Part shown: positions 20,191-30,383 of the stretch, piece after piece
How the letters are laid out: each line of letters begins with the position of its first letter
Numbering within the stretch: the stretch's first letter is position 1
Assembly: GCA_945861565.1 (NCBI GenBank)
Contig: CAMAUY010000008.1
Location: 6,032 to 70,031 of the forward strand
Direction: 5' to 3'
Source: Akkermansia muciniphila
GTDB taxonomy: Bacteria; Verrucomicrobiota; Verrucomicrobiia; Limisphaerales; UBA9464
Length of the DNA stretch: 64,000 bases
Position numbers and translations under genes: made by a program
Notes under the pieces: generated by a model
Database searches by the model: none
What the model saw: only the letters and a program-made list of their open reading frames with translations
Told to the model about the DNA's origin: nothing

Positions 20191-20256
20191 CGCCCCGATC
20201 CGAGAAAAAATCTGAGGCTGGCGTAGGTCTCGGTTTGGTGCCAATGTCGCTTCCTC

Positions 20257-20922
20257 ATGAATGCAATGAACTTCGTAATGGTTGTGGGGCTGGGGCTTGG
20301 ACTGGCCTCCTCGTTGTCCGCGGGTACCAATGGTTTTGTAGTGCCATCCTTTCGCGGCACTCCCAATGCCCAGTTTGCGGGTTGGGAGTCGTTTACGGTC
20401 GCCACGGATAATGGTGTCGGGAATTCGCCGGACTTACCTGGCAGCGGGGCGATCGGTGCCTTGATTCAACGCGAGCCCCACGCCGTTGTTTTGGGCTCTG
20501 GAAACATTTACAATCAGGACTTCAAGAGCGAGTTCGAGGTGCGCTACTCTGCCAGCGAGAACCCCTCGCTCGTCGTGCTCCAGGTCCGAACCGCGGGCAA
20601 TGAGCTCGCCTACGATTCCGTCAAACTCACCTACGCGGGTGGCTCCGAATCGGCCACTCGCACCGAACTTGATCGCGTGTCCTTCGGCGGCCCCCCGGGA
20701 GCCCCCGGTAGCGGTGCCTTCGTATCCTCAAAATGGGAATGGGATGTCACCGGGAAGAATGCCGGCAATTTTTCGATCCTTTTCAACGCAGCCGACGTTA
20801 GCGTGAGCTTGGATTCATTGACATTGGACGTGCAATCCGTACCTGAACCGTCCGGATGGGCCCTAGTCCTGGGCGGCATCGGCGTGCTCGGATGGACTGC
20901 CCGCCGCCGCGGATCTTGCTGA
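20257..20922 (+). CDS. PEP-CTERM sorting domain protein
   Basis: Signal peptide; C-terminal VPEPSGWALVLGGIGVLGWTARRR. Confidence 0.92.
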   Translation: MNAMNFVMVVGLGLGLASSLSAGTNGFVVPSFRGTPNAQFAGWESFTVATDNGVGNSPDLPGSGAIGALIQREPHAVVLGSGNIYNQDFKSEFEVRYSASENPSLVVLQVRTAGNELAYDSVKLTYAGGSESATRTELDRVSFGGPPGAPGSGAFVSSKWEWDVTGKNAGNFSILFNAADVSVSLDSLTLDVQSVPEPSGWALVLGGIGVLGWTARRRGSC

Positions 20923-21151
20923 TCTATGGGGCGGACCAAAGATCTCTTGCGCTCAGCATGAATCGGCAAGCCGGAGCGCGGGATTTATCCCGAAGGACCG
21001 TCAGAAAGCCGAGAGGCTATGGAGTTTTTGAGTCACGTCGTGCCGTTGGAGCCTCCCGCAGACTAAAGTCCGCGCTCCGACCGCGGTTTGTGGTCCTTAT
21101 GCCTTCCATGTCTTGGGTATCTTCCCGCTCCGTAAACCGGTTGGGCGAAAT

Positions 21152-22477
21152 ATGAGTGTACCCTGGCCACTGCGGTGGCAAGCCACCGCAGTCCAAGAGG
21201 CTGGCGCACCCGCCGGAATCCGCAGGTGCTGGATCGTTCTCTGCCTGCTGCTCACCGGGTTCGGTATTGTGCGATCCGCTGCCACGGATATCTCAGGCGA
21301 ATTGGCGTCACCCAGCCTCGATCGTTGGGTATATCCATTTGGTGATTTTGACGGACAACGCCCGGTTGCAAATACGTGGGGGTCCTTTGACCCACGATTC
21401 GACACTCGCGATGGTCAATTCCTCCTGGGTTGGAATCTGACAGGCGGACTGACCAACCAGGGTCCGCGTAATTATTTATTCCGATCCGTTCGCGTCATTC
21501 TCGCCGTCGCTGCGGATAAGGGCTTCCAATACGACCCCACGCCCGACCGCTACGAAACGTACCTCGGGACGAACGAACCCGCTTTCCGGCCCGATGAGGA
21601 TGTGGGACGTCCCGTGGAACTGTACGGGGCCGGCTACCGTGGCGGTTACACGGCCGAATCCTTTCTCGAAGCATCGCCCTTTGGCGTTATCGGCCCGATT
21701 ACCGGAACCAATATCGCTATCGGCACTCGTAACGTATACGCCGCGATGTTTGATACGAACGGGGTGCTCGTAGACGTGAGCAACAACGTTGGCCAGCCCG
21801 GTTACGCCCCGTTTGAGACAGCTCCATGGACGATTGGAACCACGACCAATGTGGCCCCCGGCGAGTTAGTGCCGTCTGAAGCGCTTTTTTCCTTTGACGT
21901 CGATCTGCGCCATCCCCTCGTCCTTGGGTATATTCGCGACGCTTTTCATGTTGGGCAACTCCGCTTGGTGGCGAGCTCACTCCACCGCGCCATGCAAATT
22001 GGAATTGGTGGCGGAGGCTCGTATCCCCAATGGCATACGAAGGAAAAGATTCTGGGCATTCCCCCCAGACTGCAGTGGGACGCCGTGGCGATTCGGCTGG
22101 ATGTGGACACGGACATCGACGGTCTTCCCGATGATTGGGAGGTCTACTATTTCGACAATCTCGATAAGGGGCCGGAGGATGATCCGGACGGAGACGGCGC
22201 TTCCGACGCATTTGAACTCGCTTCGGGAACAGATCCGACGAACCCCGCGAGCCGGTTCTGGATTCGGGCTCACCGGGAATTGAGCGATGGGCGGACCCAG
22301 ATCGAGTTTCCGATTGAGGCAAATTATCGATATAAGGTGCAGGTCTCGAATGACCTGCAGAACTGGCCCGCGGTGCCAGGCTTGATTTCGTACCGGCCGG
22401 GAGGAATCGCCGTCTGGGAGGAAAGTCAGGTTGCGCCGACCGTTTCCGTGCGATTTTTCCGGGTCGTCATCGAGTAG
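21152..22477 (+). CDS. Exported hypothetical protein with TSP3-like Ca-binding repeats and a verrucomicrobial-type C-terminal beta module
   Basis: Signal peptide; DTDIDGLPDDWE, DPDGDGASDAFE...GTDP; YKVQVSNDLQNW...RFFRV at the C-terminus. Confidence 0.7.
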   Translation: MSVPWPLRWQATAVQEAGAPAGIRRCWIVLCLLLTGFGIVRSAATDISGELASPSLDRWVYPFGDFDGQRPVANTWGSFDPRFDTRDGQFLLGWNLTGGLTNQGPRNYLFRSVRVILAVAADKGFQYDPTPDRYETYLGTNEPAFRPDEDVGRPVELYGAGYRGGYTAESFLEASPFGVIGPITGTNIAIGTRNVYAAMFDTNGVLVDVSNNVGQPGYAPFETAPWTIGTTTNVAPGELVPSEALFSFDVDLRHPLVLGYIRDAFHVGQLRLVASSLHRAMQIGIGGGGSYPQWHTKEKILGIPPRLQWDAVAIRLDVDTDIDGLPDDWEVYYFDNLDKGPEDDPDGDGASDAFELASGTDPTNPASRFWIRAHRELSDGRTQIEFPIEANYRYKVQVSNDLQNWPAVPGLISYRPGGIAVWEESQVAPTVSVRFFRVVIE

Positions 22478-23429
22478 AATCCGAAGGTATCCGCAAGGCG
22501 GCTACCCCGGATCGAAAATCTTCCGGCAAGGGCGCATTGAATTCCATCCGCTGGCCTGTTCGCGGATGAGGGAAAGCGAGCGTGCGCGCGTGCAACAATT
22601 GCCGCGGGGCCAGGTAGCCGGTCACTTCGTGCAATCGTTTCGTTTGTCGCTGGCCGTAGGTGTCGTCTCCGAGGACAGGAAAACCGAGATGTTGAAAATG
22701 GACTCGGATCTGATGCGTGCGTCCCGTATGGAGGACTGCTTCGACGAACGTGGCGCCCTCCAACCGTTCCAGCAGCCGGTAGGTTGTCCGGGCCGAACGA
22801 CCCTTCGACGCTGGAACGACGGCCATCTGCTGCCGGCGTGTCGGATGCCGGGCGATCGCAGCACGAATGTCTCCGGCCGGCGGGGTTAAGTTGCCGCACA
22901 CCACCGTTTGATAGATTTTTTCAACGCGGCGCTCAGCGAAATGCTCGCTGAGTTGGAGATGAGCCGGGTCATTTTTTGCCACCGCGAGACAGCCGCTCGT
23001 TCCCAGGTCCAGGCGGTGCACAATCCCAGGCCGAATCACGCCACCGATCCCGCTCAACTCACCTCGGCAATGGTGGAGGACGGCGTTGACGATGGTGCCG
23101 GTTTTGTGTCCGGCACTGGGATGCACCACGAGATCGGCGGGCTTGTTGATCACTAGCAGGTCCTCGTCCTCAAAAAGTATTTCCAGGGGCATTTCCTCGG
23201 GTAGCACTTCGGAGGATTCTGGCGCCGGCCAGTGAATGGTAATTGCGTCCCCGGCTCGGGGTCGGTGGTTGGGTTTAGTGGGGAGCCCATTCACCAGGAG
23301 ATGGTGGTCCCCGATCAGCCGTTGAAACGTGCTGCGAGAAATCTCGGGCATTCGCTCGACCAGGTACCGGTCCAGACGGTCGGTCGAAGGAGATCCCTCG
23401 ATCCGCAGGGTGTCGTTACCCGTTTTCAC
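22467..23429 (-). CDS. rluD: RluA-family pseudouridine synthase (RluD-like, with S4 domain)
   Basis: RLDRYL S4 domain, INKPADLVVHP, GIVHRLDLGTSG, TGRTHQIRVH, LHA; GTG start overlaps the lgt stop (GTGA). Confidence 0.92.
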   Translation of the reverse strand: MKTGNDTLRIEGSPSTDRLDRYLVERMPEISRSTFQRLIGDHHLLVNGLPTKPNHRPRAGDAITIHWPAPESSEVLPEEMPLEILFEDEDLLVINKPADLVVHPSAGHKTGTIVNAVLHHCRGELSGIGGVIRPGIVHRLDLGTSGCLAVAKNDPAHLQLSEHFAERRVEKIYQTVVCGNLTPPAGDIRAAIARHPTRRQQMAVVPASKGRSARTTYRLLERLEGATFVEAVLHTGRTHQIRVHFQHLGFPVLGDDTYGQRQTKRLHEVTGYLAPRQLLHARTLAFPHPRTGQRMEFNAPLPEDFRSGVAALRIPSDSTR

Positions 23430-24217
23430 GGGACGAGGGTCCGCACGGTGGATCGAGCGGGCCGGAGGTAGGAATAAAGAATCACTCCGGACAATAGTAT
23501 GGGAACACTGACCCATTGTCCCGGAGTGAAGACGCCTGCTGCCGGCGCAGAAATACGAGAATAATCTCCGCGGAAATACTCGGTGAAACTGCGGATGACG
23601 GCGTACCCGATCAGGTATCCGGCAAAGATTTGACCATCGAACCGTCGGCGATTGAACCACCCGCTCAAAACACCATACAGGATCAGATTGAGCGCCGCCT
23701 CATACAACTGCGTGGGATGCACGGGGCCATCCCCGGGCAAACCGGACGCGGACGGAAACCGGACGCCCCAGGGTTGGAGCGTCGGCTGCCCGAAGCAACA
23801 GCCATTAAAAAAACATCCGAACCGTCCAAACACGTGACCGAGAGCAATGCTGGGAGCGGAACAATCCGCCACAGCCCACAGCGGCAATCCCGTCGTCTTG
23901 ACTCGCCAGATACCGACGAAAATTGCGAGAACGAGGCCCCCGTAAAATACGAGGCCACCATTCCAAACCTGAAAGGCCTCGATCCATGGACGGCCGCTGA
24001 AGTCCTTCTCCCAATAATTCAGAACGTACATCGCACGAGCACCGAGGAGACCGGCACCGAGCAACCAGGGACCGAGGTCGAGGATCTTTTCTGGACGAAT
24101 CGACAGGCGGGCAGCCCGCCGGGCGGCGGTCCACATTCCGAAGACAAAGCCGAGCGCCACGAGAATTCCGAAGGCCCGCACCGGAAAGGTTCCGAGATAA
24201 AATAGGACGGGTTTCAC
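23426..24217 (-). CDS. lgt: Prolipoprotein diacylglyceryl transferase
   Basis: GGLVFYGG, GRFGCFFNGCCFG, HPTQLYE, RSFTEYFRGD. Confidence 0.93.
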   Translation of the reverse strand: MKPVLFYLGTFPVRAFGILVALGFVFGMWTAARRAARLSIRPEKILDLGPWLLGAGLLGARAMYVLNYWEKDFSGRPWIEAFQVWNGGLVFYGGLVLAIFVGIWRVKTTGLPLWAVADCSAPSIALGHVFGRFGCFFNGCCFGQPTLQPWGVRFPSASGLPGDGPVHPTQLYEAALNLILYGVLSGWFNRRRFDGQIFAGYLIGYAVIRSFTEYFRGDYSRISAPAAGVFTPGQWVSVPILLSGVILYSYLRPARSTVRTLVP

Positions 24218-24358
24218 CGTTCGGGAATCCTAGCTGAAAAGCAGGTGACCGCGCATCTCGAAGTTGCTGGTAAACGAGAAAAATAAACAAATCCCGTTGG
24301 CCCGGCAGAGACCGCCGGAGGCTCCACCGGGCTCCGCAGGACCCGCAGCATCCGGAAT

Positions 24359-25126
24359 TCATCCGACGGATTGATCCCGATCTCCCGTCACCGAGGCGAC
24401 GGCGAGGGGTCGATTCCTCCGGCGCCGCCACCAGGCGAATACACCCAGGCTCCCAGCAAACATCGCCGCGTATTCCTCCGGTTCCGGTACCGGTGAGATC
24501 GCTCCGCTGATCGCGACGTTGTCCACGCCGAAGGTCCCTCCGGCTTGTTCAGCCCCATACGCGTAAATGCGGAAGGTCACGGGTTGGGCAACCGGCCCAA
24601 ACTCTGTCCCGAGACTAACCGTGCTACCGTTGACATCGGCCGGCTGCGTTGCGGAGTTGTCGTTAACAAAGTGAAAGACATTCTGTGATGCCTGGAGTTC
24701 CCCGTTATCGGGTGATATGCCCGCCGGGAGATTCGCCGCAAAATTGTCCAAACTCGACCGGACAACAAAGTCCCGCGGACCGGTGCCAGAGCGGCGGACC
24801 CCGAAAGTGATGGTCTCGAAGTTCACTTGGGACCCGGGAGCGGGGGTGAGAGTCGTTTCGTAGAATTTCCCCGCATCAAGTTCGGCGGCGGTCGTCCACC
24901 CGGAAAAGGTGAAAAGGGTGCTCGCCCGGGGATTGGCTCCGAGACCCGTGGCATTAAAGCTGCCGAAAGTGAGTTCCGGCACCGTGGGGGGCGGGGTGGG
25001 GTCGATGGTTCCGCCCGCATTTGCGGTGACGAGATCGAAGGTGAAGGTGCCCAAAACGTCGGCCTGGGTGATCGACGGTCCGGTGGCGAGAGCGCCGATG
25101 AGCAAGAGCTGTTGTGAGATGCACAT
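24359..25126 (-). CDS. PEP-CTERM sorting domain protein
   Basis: Signal peptide; VPEPEEYAAMFAGSLGVFAWWRRRR. Confidence 0.9.
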   Translation of the reverse strand: MCISQQLLLIGALATGPSITQADVLGTFTFDLVTANAGGTIDPTPPPTVPELTFGSFNATGLGANPRASTLFTFSGWTTAAELDAGKFYETTLTPAPGSQVNFETITFGVRRSGTGPRDFVVRSSLDNFAANLPAGISPDNGELQASQNVFHFVNDNSATQPADVNGSTVSLGTEFGPVAQPVTFRIYAYGAEQAGGTFGVDNVAISGAISPVPEPEEYAAMFAGSLGVFAWWRRRRNRPLAVASVTGDRDQSVG

Positions 25127-25321
25127 AATGTATTCCTTTATGAGAGTTTCCGTTGTGAGGTTTTCCGTTCACGGGATGAAGAACCGTCCGAGTTGTGCGA
25201 TTTCGGGGAAAAGAGATGAATCGGCGGAGGTGCGCTTTTGGGAGCGGATCGGGAGGGTGGGCTGCCGTTCAACGTGCAACGGGTCTTCCCTTCGCCGTCG
25301 GGTTGATTCATGGTCCCGGTC

Positions 25322-25828
25322 ATGGCGTGGCGCATTCATGACTCCGTGGTCCAGGGTGTAATCGACAACCGGGTGCGCGGTGCGGTGACAGGCCAACTAT
25401 GGTTGGTCGGACGGGCTGCCCCGTTGCAGTTGCGCTTGCGTGGGAACGCGTGCGGCGATCTAGCCGGGTGCGAGCTGTCGTTCGAGCGGGTTCAACCCGA
25501 CACGCTGATTGCAACCTCACTAGCCATGATCCAGGAGGGGGTGGTCGGGGAGATGACCGCTTCCAGGAAGGCCCGCCTCCACGTCGTGTCAACGGCCGAT
25601 CCCGGCGGTGCCGCGGTACCATTGGAGCGGATCCCACGACCGCGACTGGCCAACGTTCTCTCTCTGGAATGGTACAGTGAGCGGAACGGGCGGGTGGTGC
25701 TCGAAAGCGCTGATTTCAATATGCGCGTCTCCGAGCACGCCTGGTCGCTCTCAGCCATAGAGGAAGAGGAGCAGCGCAGGGTGAATGCCGCGGCTCTCCG
25801 GGAGTTCCTGCGTCGACTGGCCGAGTAG
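25322..25828 (+). CDS. Conserved hypothetical protein (MAWRI...GxIDNR type), possibly C-terminally truncated
   Basis: MAWRIHDSVVQGVIDNR...GEMTASRK...SLEWYSERNGRVVLES; the stop lies ~9 nt before the right repeat copy. Confidence 0.6.
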   Translation: MAWRIHDSVVQGVIDNRVRGAVTGQLWLVGRAAPLQLRLRGNACGDLAGCELSFERVQPDTLIATSLAMIQEGVVGEMTASRKARLHVVSTADPGGAAVPLERIPRPRLANVLSLEWYSERNGRVVLESADFNMRVSEHAWSLSAIEEEEQRRVNAAALREFLRRLAE

Positions 25829-25836
25829 CGGCGCTG

Positions 25837-26243
25837 GGGTGTGAGACAAAAATCTGAAAAGATTCAGTTTTCAGCCGTTTTTGATGAATTTTGACCAGGC
25901 CGTCTGCCTGGATATTCCAGTAATCCACTGAACCGGAGTTGGAACCACGGATGAACGCCGATAAACGCTGATTCTAGGCGGTCACTCAGAAGGTGAGCGG
26001 CAACGGCTTCCCCTTTTCCGCGTCCATCCGTGTGAATCCGCGGTTCTTCCCCCCGGCACTTTGCGTTTCGACTCGAACGTTGTCCGGGGACGTTTTGACC
26101 AAGCCCTCTGCTTTGCTTCGCGGCTTCGCGTGCGAATCCTACCGCGTGGCTCCGGTCGGGAAGAGCCCGATCAAGCCATCGACCCGTTTGCACGAGTAAC
26201 GGGGGTGATGCGGGAACTCGTGAAGATTTTTGTCATCCACCCG
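25837..26243 (-). repeat. ~400-bp composite repeat, right copy
   Basis: Reverse complement of 19788-20190 (see left copy). Confidence 0.95.
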
Positions 26244-26316
26244 CGGCGCTGTTCTCCGCCAGTTTCTGCTTCGCAGAAGCGACGGTTTCGGGCAATGTCT
26301 CCCAACGCTTTTCACC

Positions 26317-27162
26317 ATGAGACTTGGCATCAATACTTTTCTGTTCACCTCCCCGTTCACCACCGCGAGCGTTAAGCTCTTCCCCACCTTTAAAAAATGG
26401 GGATTTCAGACGATTGAAATCCCGGTCGAAGATCCGAGTCACATTGACCCGGCCAAGGTCCGCGCGGCACTCGACAAACACGGGTTGGCCTGCGGATCCG
26501 TGTGCGCCTGCATGGGGCCGGGACGCGATTTTCGGGGCTCGGAAGCCGAACAAAAGACTGCGATGGTCTACTGCAAAAATTTGATCGATCAGATGGTCGT
26601 TCTCGGTTGCCCTTCGCTGATCGGCCCCGTGTACAGCGTGGTCGGCAAAGCAGACGCGGTTGAACCCTCCGCGCAAAAGAAGGAATGGGCCCTCGTAGTA
26701 AAGAACCTGAAGGTGCTCGCAAAATACGCCCAGTCAAAAGGAGTTCAGATCTGTGTGGAACCGCTCAACCGGTTTGAGACGGATTTCCTGAACACCTGCG
26801 ATCAGGGGCTTAAGCTCGTCAAAGCCGTCGGAAACCCCGCCTTCAGACTCCATCTCGACACGTTCCATATGAACATCGAGGAAAAGAATCAGGCCGCTGC
26901 CATTCGCAAGGCCGGAAAGTACCTTGGCCACTTCCATGCCTGCGGCAGTGACCGTGGCACTCCCGGCAACGATCACATCGACTGGAAACCCATTGCCAAG
27001 GCGCTCAAGGAAATCCGCTATCAGGGCGATGTTGTGATCGAAAGTTTTACGACTGACGTAAAGGTCATCGCTCGTGCGGCGGCCATCTGGCGTCGGATGG
27101 AGCCCACGCGTAATGAAATTGCCACCAAGGGCATCGTGTTCCTCAAAAAGGCCCTCCGCTAA
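26317..27162 (+). CDS. Sugar phosphate isomerase/epimerase (D-psicose/D-tagatose 3-epimerase family, TIM barrel)
   Basis: CVEPLNRFETD, HLDTFHMNIEE, HFHACGSDRGTPG, VIESF. Confidence 0.9.
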   Translation: MRLGINTFLFTSPFTTASVKLFPTFKKWGFQTIEIPVEDPSHIDPAKVRAALDKHGLACGSVCACMGPGRDFRGSEAEQKTAMVYCKNLIDQMVVLGCPSLIGPVYSVVGKADAVEPSAQKKEWALVVKNLKVLAKYAQSKGVQICVEPLNRFETDFLNTCDQGLKLVKAVGNPAFRLHLDTFHMNIEEKNQAAAIRKAGKYLGHFHACGSDRGTPGNDHIDWKPIAKALKEIRYQGDVVIESFTTDVKVIARAAAIWRRMEPTRNEIATKGIVFLKKALR

Positions 27163-27265
27163 CGTGCCCCCGTCGCGCGGATGCACCATTCCTCGGCACC
27201 CCCGTACCCGGTATCGCTCTGAAAACCCTGACTCGATCTGTCCTCTGTTCGCTTATCTTAAACTT

Positions 27266-27982
27266 ATGAAACGATCATCCCTACTCGCGCTGGCGGCCGT
27301 CGCCTCGTTTGCCTTGACCGCGTGCCATTCAGTCCGACCTCAGGAGGAGAAAGGGTTTGTCAGCCTGTTTGATGGCAAGACTCTGAAAGGCTGGAACGGC
27401 CGGTCGGATCTTTGGAGCGTGCGCGACGGCACCATCACCGGGGAAACCCACGCGATTAACCCCCTCAAGGGCAATACATTTCTCGTCTGGACCAACGGTG
27501 TGGTCGATAATTTTGAACTGCGTTTCGACTACAAAATCCTCAATGGCAATTCCGGGATACAATACCGCAGCCAGTTGCTCGATCCCGAAGCATTTGTGGT
27601 GGGCGGCTATCAAGCCGACTTTGAAGCCGGGAAGACCTATTCTGGAATTTTATATGAGGAGCGCCAACGCGGCATTCTCGCGCAACGGGGGCAACGGACC
27701 GTTGTGCGCGACGTTGCCGGCAAAACCCAAGTGGACGTCGTCGGCAGTGTCGGTGATTCGGCTGCCATTCAGGCATTGATCCATGATCGCGACTGGAATA
27801 GCTACGTCGTGATCGCCAATGACAATCATCTGATGCATTTTATCAACTCCAAGATGACGGTGGATGTCGTCGATCACCAGGCCGCGAAGGCGGCTAAGTC
27901 CGGCATCCTCGCATTCCAGATCCATGCCGGTCCGCCGATGCTGGTGCAATTCCGCAATGTCCGGCTGCGGCGCCTGCCCTGA
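27266..27982 (+). CDS. DUF1080 (3-keto-disaccharide hydrolase-like) protein, probable lipoprotein
   Basis: Lipobox LTAC; LFDGKTLKGW, NSGIQYRS, GYQAD, WNSY, LAFQIHAG. Confidence 0.9.
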   Translation: MKRSSLLALAAVASFALTACHSVRPQEEKGFVSLFDGKTLKGWNGRSDLWSVRDGTITGETHAINPLKGNTFLVWTNGVVDNFELRFDYKILNGNSGIQYRSQLLDPEAFVVGGYQADFEAGKTYSGILYEERQRGILAQRGQRTVVRDVAGKTQVDVVGSVGDSAAIQALIHDRDWNSYVVIANDNHLMHFINSKMTVDVVDHQAAKAAKSGILAFQIHAGPPMLVQFRNVRLRRLP

Positions 27983-28072
27983 GCCGCTAGCCGGCCCAGA
28001 TCACCGCAGTGCTGCCGAAGAAACGGGGCCCGCTCGCGGGGCGTCGTCTTCCGCGGGATGGCGACTGCCCCG

Positions 28073-29494
28073 TCAGTTGATCTGCGTGGTTAGCTTCACT
28101 CCCAGCGTAAGCAGCGCCTGCGCTTTTTTCTCCGAATCCGCCTCGGCATAGATGCGGAGGATGGGCTCCGTTCCTGAGCCGCGAAGCATCAGCCACGATC
28201 CATCCTCCGCTGAGTACTTCACGCCATCAATACTCTTTACATCCGTGACCGCGGACTGCAAGAGACGGGATGGCGCTTCGGTCTTGCAGTGCTCCATCAA
28301 AGCCGCCCGTTTCTCAACCGGAAACCGCGTATCGATTCGCGCAAAGTGATGCGGCCCGTATTCCTTCTCCAGTCCGGCCAACAGTTTGCCCAAAGGTTTG
28401 CCTTCCACCGCCAGCATCTCCAAGAGAAGGAGCCCGGCAGCGATGCCATCGCGCTCGGGGATATGCCTCGGAAACCCGATGCCACCACTTTCCTCAAATC
28501 CCAACAGCACTCCGCCCTTCAGCATCTCCGCCGCAATATACTTAAAGCCCACACCCGTCTCAACCACCGGCAATCCGAATCGTTTGCACATCTTATCTAC
28601 CCTCCCGGTCACGGTCAGGGACCGGACCACACGCCCCGTCTCCCCACGGTTGCGGACATAATGCTGTAAGAGAAGGCAATTGATGTCGTGCGTCGATAAG
28701 TACGTGCCATCCCCGCGCATCCCTCCCACGCGGTCGGCGTCACCATCCGTCACGACACAGATGTCTTGAGGATGGCGCTTCAGCCAGGCTGCGCTCTTCA
28801 CGTAATTAACCGCAATCGGCTCGGGATTAATTCCATTGAAGCCCGGGTTGTATTCCCCATTCAAGGTGGTAACCCGGCAGGTGGTGTCTTTTAGAAGGTC
28901 GTCGAAACATCCGGCACCGACTCCATAAAGGGCATCATGGGCGAACCGGATCTCAGAATTTGAAATCAAGTCGAAATCGACCAGTTTGCGCAGGGCCGTG
29001 AGGTGGGGTTTCCGAAGGTTCTTGACGACGATTCTTCCGGACCTTCGGCACACCGCCAGGGGCGTGGCTTGGACGGGATTCTTGTCCAATTGCGCCTCGA
29101 CACCCTGGCAAAGGGACGGTTCGGCAGAGCCTCCATACCAAGCCTTGAGTTTGAATCCATTGAATGCCGGGGGATTATGGCTGGCAGTGATCATGACGCC
29201 GCCAATCGCCTTCTGCTGCTTCACCGCCAGAGACACCGCTGGCGTTGGCGTCGGCGAATCGGTGAGCGTTACGTGGAATCCATTGCCCGCGAGAATCTCA
29301 GCGACGCGTGCGGCAAACTGATCCGAGAGGAAGCGCCGGTCGTAGCCAACCACGGTCCTGCGGGTGGCCGCGGGATTGGGATGGGCCTTCCAGAAGTCCG
29401 CCGTCGCCTGCGCAACACGATCCAGGTTCGCAAAGGTGAAGTCTTCGGCGATAATCGCCCGCCAGCCATCGGTACCAAATTTGATTGCAGCCAT
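28073..29494 (-). CDS. Phosphoglucomutase/phosphomannomutase family protein
   Basis: IKFGTDGWR, ITASHNP (phospho-Ser), DGDADR metal loop, GFKY, GFEESGG, RGSGTEP. Confidence 0.95.
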   Translation of the reverse strand: MAAIKFGTDGWRAIIAEDFTFANLDRVAQATADFWKAHPNPAATRRTVVGYDRRFLSDQFAARVAEILAGNGFHVTLTDSPTPTPAVSLAVKQQKAIGGVMITASHNPPAFNGFKLKAWYGGSAEPSLCQGVEAQLDKNPVQATPLAVCRRSGRIVVKNLRKPHLTALRKLVDFDLISNSEIRFAHDALYGVGAGCFDDLLKDTTCRVTTLNGEYNPGFNGINPEPIAVNYVKSAAWLKRHPQDICVVTDGDADRVGGMRGDGTYLSTHDINCLLLQHYVRNRGETGRVVRSLTVTGRVDKMCKRFGLPVVETGVGFKYIAAEMLKGGVLLGFEESGGIGFPRHIPERDGIAAGLLLLEMLAVEGKPLGKLLAGLEKEYGPHHFARIDTRFPVEKRAALMEHCKTEAPSRLLQSAVTDVKSIDGVKYSAEDGSWLMLRGSGTEPILRIYAEADSEKKAQALLTLGVKLTTQIN

Positions 29495-29561
29495 AGATTC
29501 GGGCTGCATGAAACACGGAGCCACCCCGGACCGCGAGCACAGAAGCGACGGGCCACCCCGG

Positions 29562-30383
29562 TTAGATTCCCCTCGGCTTGGCTGAGACGGAAGATTCGCC
29601 GCCCAGAGCGGGGTTCAGCCAGGGCGTGAAGTGATAATACCACTGCCGGGACTTCAGAGTGGTCGCATGCCCATCCAAGAATCCAACGTTGCTTTTTTGT
29701 CCGTGACGAACGCTGGGGCCGGCCCAATTGGGATCGTCCCCGGTCACGTAGCTTCCTCCGAATCCGGCGGGATCCTCAAGAACCCAGGATTGGGCCTTCT
29801 CCGGCGAAGCGAGCGTGACACATTTCAATGGATCGGTGGTATCGACTGCCCTCGTTCCCGAATCCGCCAAATAGACCGTGGAGGCAGGGTTTGCCACACC
29901 CGTATCCTTGAGGGGCTGCACCAGCCAGTTGCCGGCCGGGAAGCTACACCCTCCAATCTGGAAATTCGCCCCGTAGCCCGAAACAGTCCGATCGTCCGCG
30001 AAGATGTACGTGGAGGTGAACTTCCGAGCCTGCCGCTCCTTCGTGGGGCAAAGGAGGACGTTCGTGTTCTGTAGGAAAGGCTGGATGAAATTAAACCAGG
30101 CGATCCCCGCGCCGCCCACGGCCGCAGTGAAGGTCCACGGATAAACGTCCCGGCCCTGGCCGACGTACATCATGCTGGCGAGGCTCATCTGACGCACATT
30201 GCTGAGACATCGGGTACCGAGCGCTTTTTGCTTGGCCTGACTGAGGGCTGGCAACAGCAGACCCGCAAGAATCGCGATGATCGCGATGACCACCAACAGT
30301 TCTATCAGAGTGAAGCCAGCGAGAACCGCTCGGCTTTGGCCAAGCCGGCAACGGCAACTTAATCGAAAGTCAACAGGGCTCAT
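29562..30383 (-). CDS. Prepilin-type N-terminal cleavage/methylation and H-X9-DG domain protein
   Basis: [47 protein letters not shown] (canonical H-X9-DG). Confidence 0.92.
   Translation of the reverse strand: MSPVDFRLSCRCRLGQSRAVLAGFTLIELLVVIAIIAILAGLLLPALSQAKQKALGTRCLSNVRQMSLASMMYVGQGRDVYPWTFTAAVGGAGIAWFNFIQPFLQNTNVLLCPTKERQARKFTSTYIFADDRTVSGYGANFQIGGCSFPAGNWLVQPLKDTGVANPASTVYLADSGTRAVDTTDPLKCVTLASPEKAQSWVLEDPAGFGGSYVTGDDPNWAGPSVRHGQKSNVGFLDGHATTLKSRQWYYHFTPWLNPALGGESSVSAKPRGI

Noticed and set aside
20235-20250. GG-N10-GC sigma54-like motif before the PEP-CTERM gene
   Set aside because: Poor match to TGGCAC/TTGC and too close to the ATG at 20257.
26230-26316. Short ORFs and extensions translated from the repeat copies (e.g. 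26061-26375, 38058-38421, 32102-32299)
   Set aside because: They are translations of the repeats and recur only because the DNA is repeated.
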